This document shows positions 9,831 through 25,468 of a stretch of 64,000 nt of DNA, piece after piece. The notes beneath the pieces were generated by a model. The model saw nothing but the letters and a program-made list of their open reading frames with translations, did no database searches and was not told where the DNA came from. The translations under genes and the position numbers were made by a program. Source of the DNA: Eledone cirrhosa (Eukaryota); NCBI GenBank assembly GCA_964016885.1, contig OZ024746.1:102362001-102426000 (forward strand), written 5' to 3'. Positions within the stretch are counted from its first letter, which is position 1; the number at the start of each line of letters is the position of its first letter.

Positions 9831-11869
9831 TTACAATACAAAACCTCTGAGAATGATTTCTAAGATATTTCACCATAATTAATTTTCATCAATATATATT
9901 AATATTATTATTGTTTATTAGGTCAGGTGGATTGGCCAGAACAATTCTACTCTTCTTTTTTAGATGTCACGATTTTTCATGGCATTCCTGAGATCATTAA
10001 TCTCCAGCTGGAGATCCAGAGACATCTGATGTATGTAGGTGAACCTCAGTCATCCCACTTGGCTCTTACTATGTTTAGGTATCAACCACAGGAGCCAGCT
10101 CATCAGGTCATCCTACCCTCAGCAGCAATGTCCAGCATCTATTGATTTCCGCTCCCTAGTTATTGTGGTAATCTTCGATATCTGGGAATATATTTCTTCT
10201 GCTTAAGGGAGTAATAAATATATAGTTTTAAAAAAAACATATATATACACACACATATATATATGTTGTCATTTATAAGAGTTCTCTATCAAAAGCCTTC
10301 TCTATGTCCAAAGCTAAGTATAGTGGCTTATTTTTCTCTAAGAACCTCTTTTGTAGTTGTCTCACTAAGAAGAGGGCATCTGTTGCACTTTTCAGCGGCA
10401 CAAAACCAAACTGCATCTCATACACATACATACATATACATACATACATACATATACACATACATACATACATCATCATCATCATCATCATCATCATTTC
10501 GTTTTAAGTCCGCTTTTTCCCTGCTTGCAAATGTGGGACGGGAACTGATTCTGGCTTGATTTCTACAGCTGGATGCCCTTCCTAACACCAACCTCATTTA
10601 CAGTGAGTGCTGAGTGCTTTTTTGCCGTGGCACCTCCACGACCACTTTGCAGTGGAATGATATGGACCCCAGTCCCTATCATCTCATTTCTACAGCTGAG
10701 TAAACTGGAGCAATGTGAAATAAAGTGTCTTGCTCAAGGAAACAACACATCACCCGGTCTGAGAATTGAACTCACAACCTTTCGATTGCCAGGCCAATGC
10801 TCGAACCACTAAGCCATGTGCCTCCATATACATATACATATACATACACATACATATACATATACATACATATATATATACATACATAGATATATACACA
10901 TACATACATACATACACATACATACACATATACATACATATATATACATACATACACATACATAGATATATATATATAAATATACATACATACACATACA
11001 TAAGCATATACACATAAGTATATATACATATACACACGTATATATACATATACATACATACATATATACACATACATACATATATACATACATACACACA
11101 TATACATACACATACATACATATACATACATATACACATACATACATATATATATATACGTACACACACATATATACATACACACACATATATACAAACA
11201 CATACATATACACATATATACACATACATACACATACATATACATACATATACACATATACACTCATATATACATATACATACATACACACACATACATA
11301 CATATATACATATACATACATAGAGACAAATCCACCTCATGGACGAGAATGCAAGGGCTCCTCCTCTTTGTTTCGGCCGCGGATGGCTAACCCTAACCCC
11401 ATCCCCGCTCCCCACCGCTCCCAACCTCCAAACGCAATCCAAAACTTCAGAGTTGGTACCATTAATGTAGGCACCTTATAGGGTGGCTCTAACGAGGTTG
11501 TAGAAATGCTTGAACGTAAGGAGGTCGATGTTTGTTGTATTCAAGAGACCAGGTGGAGGGGTGGGTCTGCTAGATTCATCGTGGGTAAAGAACGATGCTA
11601 TAAGCTTTTCTGTGTGGCAAATGACAATGGGCTGGGTATACACATACCACCCCACCACCCCACCGCAAAGTGGTCGTGGAGGCGCCGCGGCAAAAAAGCA
11701 CCCAGCCCACACTGTAAAGCTGACGTGGAGGTGCCACGGAAAAAAAAAGCACCCAGCACTCACTGCAAACGGGGTTGGCGTCAGGAAGGGCACCCAGCTG
11801 TAGAAACCAATCCAGAATCAGCTCCCACCCCACCCTTGCAAGCATGGAAAAGCGGACGTATGATGAAGT

Positions 11870-11926
<57 letters not shown>

Positions 11927-11971
11927 TATATATATACACATATATATATACACACATATATATCAGTGTAC

Positions 11972-12004
<33 letters not shown>

Positions 12005-12671
12005 AATGAATATTTATTCAATTTAAAGCGCCAATTATCTATATATAACAAGATATGAATTTTTCTAGGGATGGGGAAATTTTCAGTTTGTTTTTATATT
12101 TTCACTTCATTTTTTACTTTCTATTTAATACAGTCTTTGATCCAATATAATCCTGACAGTATTTGAACCAGTTTACCTCATATATATGTATGCACACACA
12201 AGACTCAAGTTTCGCCATCTACTGCTATTTCATTCATATTTATTGTTTAATTAACTCTGGTCTAATTCATCAACTATTGTTAATTATATTATTACGTAGA
12301 TTTCTTATAAAATCTAGTGCATATATACGTGTATATATACAGGGAGACACTGTAATAGATGTAAAGAGAGTGGGAGATAGAGTTATAGAAGTAAAGAGAG
12401 GGGGAGAAATAAGCGGTAGATAGAGTAATAGATGTAAAGAGAGGGTTAGAACGTTCAACTTGACAGTCAGTACAATGTTCAGCATGGTAGCCAGTACATA
12501 TGCCAACTACCCAACCGGCCAGCCAGCCGCATATGCGGTTGACTGGCCAGTTGGGCGGTTGGTATGTGGAACGTTCAACTACGCAGTCAGTACCAAAGTT
12601 CAACATTGTAGCCAGTGCATATGCCGATCGCCGCGCCCTCTTTGCTCTATTTTAATGACCTGGAACTAAGT

Positions 12672-12784
12672 AAAAAGAGTAGGAGATAACTCGACAAGAG
12701 CGGAGAGGGTGAGATTCGAACCATGTACAGTCGTTGGCTCCTGAAGTTCGTAAGCGGGGCTGCTATTGACTGAGCAGCGCCGGC
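12672..12784 (-). ncRNA. Candidate Pol III tRNA-like small RNA unit, unit 3
   Basis: Same as 863-975 with two substitutions. Confidence 0.5.
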
Positions 12785-13736
12785 AGCAAGGCAAATCGCG
12801 CATAAAATAACGCTTATATCGACAAAAAAAAAAAAAAAATTTCAATGTTGCACTCTTGTTTGTTGTTCTTTTATTTTACGTAAACATTTCGCTGCTCTAG
12901 CCTCTTATTTCCTATTAGATTACACTTAATTCCATTAAACATTCATTCTTAGTCTCGTGGTAAACTATTTCATCTATATTTATATCGCTGTTACAGCCTT
13001 TTATTTCTACATCTATCACCTATAGCCACTGTTACGCCGGTAGTATAAGTAGCTTTATAACAAGAAACGATGATATAACTCCACAAAATGTCTTCTTGAG
13101 CAAGACACTTCACTTCATATTGCTCCAGTACACCGAGTTACACATAGACAGATACATACATACATACACAGATAGAAATGAGAGGTAGATAGAGTAAAAG
13201 ATTTAAAGAGAGGGTGAGAGTGTGACACACATTTATCTGTCTATCTCTCTCTATTTTAACACCGGTCGTTATAATTAGTTTTATAACACCGCTATATTAC
13301 CGACATGAAAGAGGTAAATAATTATTTCTTAAATGTTTAGAACATGTTTCTCTTGTCTTCTTAAATGTATAGAACATGTTTCTTATTTATATTCTTAACA
13401 TAGCTAGGACCTTATCTCATTTACTGGTCTCTACTTTTAGGGCTTTGCTGGTCCCATGTGCCCTCCATGAAGACACACTCGCCCCTTCTCTCTCAGTCTC
13501 CGTACTAATTACTACACATACGTATATATATTTATTTTAAGAAACCTTAATGACAAATAATATAAAGTGTTTGTAAAGTGGGGAAGAGTAGTTTTACGGT
13601 GGGGTTGTTATATAGATATCGTTTTTGCAGTGGGGTCGTGACTGGCGTATAATAATGAGTCACTGTTGATGTATATACAAATCATGTTCTGGATATAAGT
13701 GAAGTTATTTAAGAGATTTAGTTGTTTTGTATACAT

Positions 13737-15715
13737 TCATAACGGTACGCGATGGGACCCACCCACAGCCCCGGCGGACAGAATGGAGAAGGCGTTTCCC
13801 CGGAGCACGGCAAGGGAGACGCGCTGGAAAAGCCACTCCAACTCGCGGGGCTCACACCTGCGGCTGGCCAGCTCAGCGCCTATGGTGGTGAGTAAGGAGG
13901 TAGCCCTGGGGCCGAGGACACCAGAAGTCTCCACTTCCAGGGGTACGACCGCAAACCTGTCGGAGAGTGAACAATATGTGAGGAGTTTGGCCCCCTCAGC
14001 CTGACGTGCAGCAGAACCTGGGCCAGTCGCAGACTGCACCAGGTTGCGGCTGCAGAAAGTGTCGGTGCAAGTGGCATCCCAGACGAGGGGTTTGCCACCG
14101 CGGAACGGGAAGATGGTCATGCCATCTAGCCTTTTGCCGTCCCCTCGAGCTGGGAAGGGAAGCCTGCAGCGTCCAAGCCATGCTTAATGACTTCGTTGAG
14201 GGCAGCATGGCGTGGATTGCGGGTGGAGGCCGAAAGAGTCCATGGTGGAACGGCAGCGACATTGGTGTGAGGCCGAGCCTCAGGGAAACGCCGATGCGCA
14301 AGCTATTGTTGTCTAGCTGCGTGCGAGTGGAGAAGGAGGGCAGGGCATGGAGCCAGGCCCCACTGTGGGGTTTGGAGGCTGCACGAAAACAAACAAGGCG
14401 GTGCTGGTCGAGCTGGCACGTGAGCCTGTCTGAGGCCAGGCTGCACTGGATGGCATCCCAAGTGTGTTGGGGGGGACTTGACGTCAACAGGGGGAGAAGG
14501 AGGAGGAACGTCTACTGGGCTAAGTCCCAGCCGGTCCCACGTCTCACAGGCGGCCACGCGTTCTCTGAACACAGAGGGTTCTGTTGTGTTTTGAAGAACC
14601 CTGCTGAAGAGGACGTGGTACGAGGTTACCGACGAAAGATATGCCGGCAAAGCTAGTGAGATCGGGGACTGGAGGCGAAGGCCGCCATACCTGACAGGTA
14701 AAGTTGCATATCTCATCGGCTGCTGCTCGGATACAAGTTTAGGTGTAGCACAGAGTGTATAGAGGAGCTTCGGCATGGCGTAGCAGTTCCTCAGCAGAAA
14801 GAGAACTGGGTGGCCATCAATCAAGCCCAGTCGGCTCGTGAGAGTCTGGACTTGATGGAGGAGCGGATGGCCGGCGGGTGGATCGGTGAGGGCATCCTCT
14901 TTGGGGGGTCACCTGAACCTGGCGGAGAATGGACCGCACGTCCAAGACGGAGACTGCAAAGCTTGCAGCATCGAGGCTGACATTCACCACCTCCGACTTG
15001 GCTGAGTTGACCTGGAGGTCGATTCCCGCCAGGGCAGGAACCACCGATTGAAGGTCATGGCAGACCGCCTGTACGGGCCCACCCAAAGTAGCATCATCCA
15101 GATACCAAACGTTGAGAGGGGCCGTTATACTCCAGGCGATGTGGTCAATACCAAGGGTGAACAGGAGGGGTCCCAAAGGGTTGCCCTGTTGGATCCCAGT
15201 AGCCAAGGGTATGACCGTATCAGCAGCATGGCGCATGCTTGGGGCTCCATATGACAGGTAGGCAGAGGGGGCTCGGCTGAGGCAGGCCTCGAGCAGATGA
15301 TCCCAGCGTAAAGAGTTGAAGGCATTCCTCATGTCAAACTTGACAATGAGGTGGCTGGAGGCCCTGGATGCCGGTTCCGAGTGTTACGGACTTGCAGATT
15401 ACCTTGGCAGCCAGCCTCCGGAAGACATTGCCCACAGCAATGGGGCGTATGCCATCCTCTTTCTTCCTGAGAGCGGTGAGGCTGGCCGAAAAAAAGAGGC
15501 CTCGAGCATAAGAGTCCAGGGCGCCATGGATGAGCCTATTGGTGAGCGCCACAATTGCACTCAGAAGGCGGCGCCCGGCCTCAGCGGAGAGGGGAGATAT
15601 CAACTCCTTGAGGAGGCCTGGTCAGAGACCATCAACATCTCCGCAGCTGCTAGCTGGGAAGGACCTGATGGCGGACATGATGTCTGCATCAGAAGCCACA
15701 AGGAGCAAGTGTGGA
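13737..15715 (-). mobile_element. CRE-clade retrotransposon relic, unit 3
   Basis: Same motifs; near-identical to unit 2. Confidence 0.88.
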
Positions 15716-17754
15716 TTACAATACAAAACCTCTGAGAATGATTTCTAAGATATTTCACCATAATTAATTTTCATCAATATATATTAATATTATTATTGTT
15801 TATTAGGTCAGGTGGATTGGCCAGAACAATTCTACTCTTCTTTTTTAGATGTCACGATTTTTCATGGCATTCCTGAGATCATTAATCTCCAGCTGGAGAT
15901 CCAGAGACATCTGATGTATGTAGGTGAACCTCAGTCATCCCACTTGGCTCTTACTATGTTTAGGTATCAACCACAGGAGCCAGCTCATCAGGTCATCCTA
16001 CCCTCAGCAGCAATGTCCAGCATCTATTGATTTCCGCTCCCTAGTTATTGTGGTAATCTTCGATATCTGGGAATATATTTCTTCTGCTTAAGGGAGTAAT
16101 AAATATATAGTTTTAAAAAAAACATATATATACACACACATATATATATGTTGTCATTTATAAGAGTTCTCTATCAAAAGCCTTCTCTATGTCCAAAGCT
16201 AAGTATAGTGGCTTATTTTTCTCTAAGAACCTCTTTTGTAGTTGTCTCACTAAGAAGAGGGCATCTGTTGCACTTTTCAGCGGCACAAAACCAAACTGCA
16301 TCTCATACACATACATACATATACATACATACATACATATACACATACATACATACATCATCATCATCATCATCATCATCATTTCGTTTTAAGTCCGCTT
16401 TTTCCCTGCTTGCAAATGTGGGACGGGAACTGATTCTGGCTTGATTTCTACAGCTGGATGCCCTTCCTAACACCAACCTCATTTACAGTGAGTGCTGAGT
16501 GCTTTTTTGCCGTGGCACCTCCACGACCACTTTGCAGTGGAATGATATGGACCCCAGTCCCTATCATCTCATTTCTACAGCTGAGTAAACTGGAGCAATG
16601 TGAAATAAAGTGTCTTGCTCAAGGAAACAACACATCACCCGGTCTGAGAATTGAACTCACAACCTTTCGATTGCCAGGCCAATGCTCGAACCACTAAGCC
16701 ATGTGCCTCCATATACATATACATATACATACACATACATATACATATACATACATATATATATACATACATAGATATATACACATACATACATACATAC
16801 ACATACATACACATATACATACATATATATACATACATACACATACATAGATATATATATATAAATATACATACATACACATACATAAGCATATACACAT
16901 AAGTATATATACATATACACACGTATATATACATATACATACATACATATATACACATACATACATATATACATACATACACACATATACATACACATAC
17001 ATACATATACATACATATACACATACATACATATATATATATACGTACACACACATATATACATACACACACATATATACAAACACATACATATACACAT
17101 ATATACACATACATACACATACATATACATACATATACACATATACACTCATATATACATATACATACATACACACACATACATACATATATACATATAC
17201 ATACATAGAGACAAATCCACCTCATGGACGAGAATGCAAGGGCTCCTCCTCTTTGTTTCGGCCGCGGATGGCTAACCCTAACCCCATCCCCGCTCCCCAC
17301 CGCTCCCAACCTCCAAACGCAATCCAAAACTTCAGAGTTGGTACCATTAATGTAGGCACCTTATAGGGTGGCTCTAACGAGGTTGTAGAAATGCTTGAAC
17401 GTAAGGAGGTCGATGTTTGTTGTATTCAAGAGACCAGGTGGAGGGGTGGGTCTGCTAGATTCATCGTGGGTAAAGAACGATGCTATAAGCTTTTCTGTGT
17501 GGCAAATGACAATGGGCTGGGTATACACATACCACCCCACCACCCCACCGCAAAGTGGTCGTGGAGGCGCCGCGGCAAAAAAGCACCCAGCCCACACTGT
17601 AAAGCTGACGTGGAGGTGCCACGGAAAAAAAAAGCACCCAGCACTCACTGCAAACGGGGTTGGCGTCAGGAAGGGCACCCAGCTGTAGAAACCAATCCAG
17701 AATCAGCTCCCACCCCACCCTTGCAAGCATGGAAAAGCGGACGTATGATGAAGT

Positions 17755-17801
<47 letters not shown>

Positions 17802-17846
17802 TATATATATACACATATATATATACACACATATATATCAGTGTAC

Positions 17847-17879
<33 letters not shown>

Positions 17880-18546
17880 AATGAATATTTATTCAATTTA
17901 AAGCGCCAATTATCTATATATAACAAGATATGAATTTTTCTAGGGATGGGGAAATTTTCAGTTTGTTTTTATATTTTCACTTCATTTTTTACTTTCTATT
18001 TAATACAGTCTTTGATCCAATATAATCCTGACAGTATTTGAACCAGTTTACCTCATATATATGTATGCACACACAACACTCAAGTTTCGCCATCTACTGC
18101 TATTTCATTCATATTTATTGTTTAATTAACTCTGGTCTAATTCATCAACTATTGTTAATTATATTATTACGTAGATTTCTTATAAAATCTAGTGCATATA
18201 TACGTGTATATATACAGGGAGACACTGTAATAGATGTAAAGAGAGTGGGAGATAGAGTTATAGAAGTAAAGAGAGGGGGAGAAATAAGCGGTAGATAGAG
18301 TAATAGATGTAAAGAGAGGGTTAGAACGTTCAACTTGACAGTCAGTACAATGTTCAGCATGGTAGCCAGTACATATGCCAACTACCCAACCGGCCAGCCA
18401 GCCGCATATGCGGTTGACTGGCCAGTTGGGCGGTTGGTATGTGGAACGTTCAACTACGCAGTCAGTACCAAAGTTCAACATTGTAGCCAGTGCATATGCC
18501 GATCGCCGCGCCCTCTTTGCTCTATTTTAATGACCTGGAACTAAGT

Positions 18547-18659
18547 AAAAAGAGTAGGAGATAACTCGACAAGAGCGGAGAGGGTGAGATTCGAACCATG
18601 TACAGTCGTTGGCTCCTGAAGTTCGTAAGCGGGGCTGCTACTGACTGAGCAGCGCCGGC
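18547..18659 (-). ncRNA. Candidate Pol III tRNA-like small RNA unit, unit 4
   Basis: Same as 863-975 with one substitution. Confidence 0.5.
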
Positions 18660-19654
18660 AGCAAGGCAAATCGCGCATAAAATAACGCTTATATCGACAA
18701 AAAAAAAAAAAAAATTTCAATGTTGCACTCTTGTTTGTTGTTCTTTTATTTTACGTAAACATTTCGCTGCTCTAGCCTCTTATTTCCTATTAGATTACAC
18801 TTAATTCCATTAAACATTCATTCTTAGTCTCGTGGTAAACTATTTCATCTATATTTATATCGCTGTTACAGCCTTTTATTTCTACATCTATCACCTATAG
18901 CCACTGTTACGCCGGTAGTATAAGTAGCTTTATAACAAGAAACGATGATATAACTCCACAAAATGTCTTCTTGAGCAAGACACTTCACTTCATATTGCTC
19001 CAGTACACCGAGTTACACATAGACAGATACATACATACATACACAGATAGAAATGAGAGGTAGATAGAGTAAAAGATTTAAAGAGAGTGTGAGAAGTACG
19101 AGTTAGATAGTGTAAAAGATTTAAAGAGAGGGTGAGAGTGTGACACACATTTATCTGTCTATCTCTCTCTATTTTAACACCGGTCGTTATAATTAGTTTT
19201 ATAACACCGCTATATTACCGACATGAAAGAGGTAAATAATTATTTCTTAAATGTTTAGAACATGTTTCTCTTGTCTTCTTAAATGTATAGAACATGTTTC
19301 TTATTTATATTCTTAACATAGCTAGGACCTTATCTCATTTACTGGTCTCTACTTTTAGGACTTTGCTGGTCCCATGTGCCCTCCATGAAGACACACTCGC
19401 CCCTTCTCTCTCAGTCTCCGTACTAATTACTACACATACGTATATATATTTATTTTAAGAAACCTTAATGACAAATAATATAAAGTGTTTGTAAAGTGGG
19501 GAAGAGTAGTTTTACGGTGGGGTTGTTATATAGATATCGTTTTTGCAGTGGGGTCGTGACTGGCGTATAATAATGAGTCACTGTTGATGTATATACAAAT
19601 CATGTTTTGGATATAAGTGAAGTTATTTAAGAGATTTAGTTGTTTTGTATACAT

Positions 19655-21633
19655 TCATAACGGTACGCGATGGGACCCACCCACAGCCCCGGCGGACAGA
19701 ATGGAGAAGGCGTTTCCCCGGAGCACGGCAAGGGAGACGCGCTGGAAAAGCCACTCCAACTCGCGGGGCTCACACCTGCGGCTGGCCAGCTCAGCGCCTA
19801 TGGTGGTGAGTAAGGAGGTAGCCCTGGGGCCGAGGACACCAGAAGTCTCCACTTCCAGGGGTACGACCGCAAACCTGTCGGAGAGTGAACGATATGTGAG
19901 GAGTTTGGCCCCCTCAGCCTGACGTGCAGCAGAACCTGGGCCAGTCGCAGACTGCACCAGGTTGCGGCTGCAGAAAGTGTCGGTGCAAGTGGCATCCCAG
20001 ACGAGGGGTTTGCCACCGCGGAACGGGAAGATGGTCATGCCATCTAGCCTTTTGCCGTCCCCTCGAGCTGGGAAGGGAAGCCTGCAGCGTCCAAGCCATG
20101 CTTAATGACTTCGTTGAGGGCAGCATGGCGTGGATTGCGGGTGGAGGCCGAAAGAGTCCATGGTGGAACGGCAGCGACATTGGTGTGAGGCCGAGCCTCA
20201 GGGAAACGCCGATGCGCAAGCTATTGTTGTCTAGCTGCGTGCGAGTGGAGAAGGAGGGCAGGGCATGGAGCCAGGCCCCACTGTGGGGTTTGGAGGCTGC
20301 ACGAAAACAAACAAGGCGGTGCTGGTCGAGCTGGCACGTGAGCCTGTCTGAGGCCAGGCTGCACTGGATGGCATCCCAAGTGTGTTGGGGGGGACTTGAC
20401 GTCAACAGGGGGAGAAGGAGGAGGAACGTCTACTGGGCTAAGTCCCAGCCGGTCCCACGTCTCACAGGCGGCCACGCGTTCTCTGAACACAGAGGGTTCT
20501 GTTGTGTTTTGAAGAACCCTGCTGAGGAGGACGTGGTACGAGGTTACCGACGAAAGATATGCCGGCAAAGCTAGTGAGATCGGGGACTGGAGGCGAAGGC
20601 CGCCATACCTGACAGGTAAAGTTGCATATCTCATCGGCTGCTGCTCGGATACAAGTTTAGGTGTAGCACAGAGTGTATAGAGGAGCTTCGGCATGGCGTA
20701 GCAGTTCCTCAGCAGAAAGAGAACTGGGTGGCCATCAATCAAGCCCAGTCGGCTCGTGAGAGTCTGGACTTGATGGAGGAGCGGATGGCCGGCGGGTGGA
20801 TCGGTGAGGGCATCCTCTTTGGGGGGTCACCTGAACCTGGCGGAGAATGGACCGCACGTCCAAGACGGAGACTGCAAAGCTTGCAGCATCGAGGCTGACA
20901 TTCACCACCTCCGACTTGGCTGAGTTGACCTGGAGGTCGATTCCCGCCAGGGCAGGAACCACCGATTGAAGGTCATGGCAGACCGCCTGTACGGGCCCAC
21001 CCAAAGTAGCATCATCCAGATACCAAACGTTGAGAGGGGCCGTTATACTCCAGGCGATGTGGTCAATACCAAGGGTGAACAGGAGGGGTCCCAAAGGGTT
21101 GCCCTGTTGGATCCCAGTAGCCAAGGGTATGACCATATCAGCAGCATGGCGCATGCTTGGGGCTCCATATGACAGGTAGGCAGAGGGGGCTCGGCTGAGG
21201 CAGGCCTCGAGCAGATGATCCCAGCGTAAAGAGTTGAAGGCATTCCTCATGTCAAACTTGACAATGAGGTGGCTGGAGGCCCTGGATGCCGGTTCCGAGT
21301 GTTACGGACTTGCAGATTACCTTGGCAGCCAGCCTCCGGAAGACATTGCCCACAGCAATGGGGCGTATGCCATCCTCTTTCTTCCTGAGAGCGGTGAGGC
21401 TGGCCGAAAAAAAGAGGCCTCGAGCATAAGAGTCCAGGGCGCCATGGATGAGCCTATTGGTGAGCGCCACAATTGCACTCAGAAGGCGGCGCCCGGCCTC
21501 AGCGGAGAGGGGAGATATCAACTCCTTGAGGAGGCCTGGTCAGAGACCATCAACATCTCCGCAGCTGCTAGCTGGGAAGGACCTGATGGCGGACATGATG
21601 TCTGCATCAGAAGCCACAACGAGCAAGTGTGGA
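19655..21633 (-). mobile_element. CRE-clade retrotransposon relic, unit 4
   Basis: Same motifs. Confidence 0.88.
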
Positions 21634-23614
21634 TTACAATACAAAACCTCTGAGAATGATTTCTAAGATATTTCACCATAATTAATTTTCATCAATATAT
21701 ATTAATATTATTATTGTTTATTAGGTCAGGTGGATTGGCCAGAACAATTCTACTCTTCTTTTTTAGATGTCACGATTTTTCATGGCATTCCTGAGATCAT
21801 TAATCTCCAGCTGGAGATCCAGAGACATCTGATGTATGTAGGTGAACCTCAGTCATCCCACTTGGCTCTTACTATGTTTAGGTATCAACCACAGGAGCCA
21901 GCTCATCAGGTCATCCTACCCTCAGCAGCAATGTCCAGCATCTATTGATTTCCGCTCCCTAGTTATTGTGGTAATCTTCGATATCTGGGAATATATTTCT
22001 TCTGCTTAAGGGAGTAATAAATATATAGTTTTAAAAAAAACATATATATACACACACATATATATATGTTGTCATTTATAAGAGTTCTCTATCAAAAGCC
22101 TTCTCTATGTCCAAAGCTAAGTATAGTGGCTTATTTTTCTCTAAGAACCTCTTTTGTAGTTGTCTCACTAAGAAGAGGGCATCTGTTGCACTTTTCAGCG
22201 GCACAAAACCAAACTGCATCTCATACACATACATACATATACATACATACATACATATACACATACATACATACATCATCATCATCATCATCATCATCAT
22301 TTCGTTTTAAGTCCGCTTTTTCCCTGCTTGTAAATGTGGGACGGGAACTGATTCTGGCTTGATTTCTACAGCTGGATGCCCTTCCTAACACCAACCTCAT
22401 TTACAGTGAGTGCTGAGTGCTTTTTTGCCGTGGCACCTCCACGACCACTTTGCAGTGGAATGATATGGACCCCAGTCCCTATCATCTCATTTCTACAGCT
22501 GAGTAAACTGGAGCAATGTGAAATAAAGTGTCTTGCTCAAGGAAACAACACATCACCCGGTCTGAGAATTGAACTCACAACCTTTCGATTGCCAGGCCAA
22601 TGCTCGAACCACTAAGCCATGTGCCTCCATATACATATACATATACATACACATACATATACATATACATACATATATATACATACATACACATACATAG
22701 ATATATATATATACATAATATAAATATACATACATACACATACATAAGCATATACACATAAGTATATATACATATACACACGTATATATACATATACATA
22801 CATACATATATACACATACATACATATATACATACATACACACATATACATACACATACATACATATACATACATATACACATACATACATATATATATA
22901 TACGTACACACACATATATACATACACACACATATATACAAACACATACATATACACATATATACACATACATACACATACATATACATACATATACACA
23001 TATACACTCATATATACATATACATACATACACACACATACATACATATATACATATACATACATAGAGACAAATCCACCTCATGGACGAGAATGCAAGG
23101 GCTCCTCCTCTTTGTTTCGGCCGCGGATGGCTAACCCTAACCCCATCCCCGCTCCCCACCGCTCCCAACCTCCAAACGCAATCCAAAACTTCAGAGTTGG
23201 TACCATTAATGTAGGCACCTTATAGGGTGGCTCTAACGAGGTTGTAGAAATGCTTGAACGTAAGGAGGTCGATGTTTGTTGTATTCAAGAGACCAGGTGG
23301 AGGGGTGGGTCTGCTAGATTCATCGTGGGTAAAGAACGATGCTATAAGCTTTTCTGTGTGGCAAATGACAATGGGCTGGGTATACACATACCACCCCACC
23401 ACCCCACCGCAAAGTGGTCGTGGAGGCGCCGCGGCAAAAAAGCACCCAGCCCACACTGTAAAGCTGACGTGGAGGTGCCACGGAAAAAAAAAAGCACCCA
23501 GCACTCACTGCAAACGGGGTTGGCGTCAGGAAGGGCACCCAGCTGTAGAAACCAATCCAGAATCAGCTCCCACCCCACCCTTGCAAGCATGGAAAAGCGG
23601 ACGTATGATGAAGT

Positions 23615-23663
<49 letters not shown>

Positions 23664-24404
23664 TATATATATACACATATATATATACACACATATATAT
23701 CAGTGTACATATATATATACATATATATATATATATAAATGAATATTTATTCAATTTAAAGCGCCAATTATCTATATATAACAAGATATGAATTTTTCTA
23801 GGGATGGGGAAATTTTCAGTTTGTTTTTATATTTTCACTTCATTTTTTACTTTCTATTTAATACAGTCTTTGATCCAATATAATCCTGACAGTATTTGAA
23901 CCAGTTTACCTCATATATATGTATGCACACACAACACTCAAGTTTCGCCATCTACTGCTATTTCATTCATATTTATTGTTTAATTAACTCTGGTCTAATT
24001 CATCAACTATTGTTAATTATATTATTACGTAGATTTCTTATAAAATCTAGTGCATATATACGTGTATATATACAGGGAGACACTGTAATAGATGTAAAGA
24101 GAGTGGGAGATAGAGTTATAGAAGTAAAGAGAGGGGGAGAAATAAGCGGTAGATAGAGTAATAGATGTAAAGAGAGGGTTAGAACGTTCAACTTGACAGT
24201 CAGTACAATGTTCAGCATGGTAGCCAGTACATATGCCAACTACCCAACCGGCCAGCCAGCCGCATATGCGGTTGACTGGCCAGTTGGGCGGTTGGTATGT
24301 GGAACGTTCAACTACGCAGTCAGTACCAAAGTTCAACATTGTAGCCAGTGCATATGCCGATCGCCGCGCCCTCTTTGCTCTATTTTAATGACCTGGAACT
24401 AAGT

Positions 24405-24517
24405 AAAAAGAGTAGGAGATAACTCGACAAGAGCGGAGAGGGTGAGATTCGAACCATGTAAAGTCGTTGGCTCCTGAAGTTCGTAAGCGGGGCTGCTACT
24501 GACTGAGCAGCGCCGGC
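24405..24517 (-). ncRNA. Candidate Pol III tRNA-like small RNA unit, unit 5
   Basis: Same as 863-975. Confidence 0.5.
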
Positions 24518-25468
24518 AGCAAGGCAAATCGCGCATAAAATAACGCTTATATCGACAAAAAAATAAAAAAATTTCAATGTTGCACTCTTGTTTGTTGTTC
24601 TTTTATTTTACGTAAACATTTCGCTGCTCTAGCCTCTTATTTCCTATTAGATTACACTTAATTCCATTAAACATTCATTCTTAGTCTCGTGGTAAACTAT
24701 TTCATTTATATTTATATCGCTGTTACAGCCTTTTATTTCTACATCTATCACCTATAGCCACTGTTACGCCGGTAGTATAAGTAGCTTTATAACAAGAAAC
24801 GATGATATAACTCCACAAAATGTCTTCTTGAGCAAGACACTTCACTTCATATTGCTCCAGTACACCGAGTTACACATAGACAGATACATACATACATACA
24901 CAGATAGAAATGAGAGGTAGATAGAGTAAAAGATTTAAAGAGAGGGTGAGAGTGTGACACACATTTATCTGTCTATCTCTCTCTATTTTAACACCGGTCG
25001 TTATAATTAGTTTTATAACACCGCTATATTACCGACATGAAAGAGGTAAATAATTATTTCTTAAATGTTTAGAACATGTTTCTCTTGTCTTCTTAAATGT
25101 ATAGAACATGTTTCTTATTTATATTCTTAACATAGCTAGGACCTTATCTCATTTACTGGTCTCTACTTTTAGGGCTTTGCTGGTCCCATGTGCCCTCCAT
25201 GAAGACACACTCGCCCCTTCTCTCTCAGTCTCCGTACTAATTACTACACATACGTATATATATTTATTTTAAGAAACCTTAATGACAAATAATATAAAGT
25301 GTTTGTAAAGTGGGGAAGAGTAGTTTTACGGTGGGGTTGTTATATAGATATCGTTTTTGCAGTGGGGTCGTGACTGGCGTATAATAATGAGTCACTGTTG
25401 ATGTATATACAAATCATGTTTTGGATATAAGTGAAGTTATTTAAGAGATTTAGTTGTTTTGTATACAT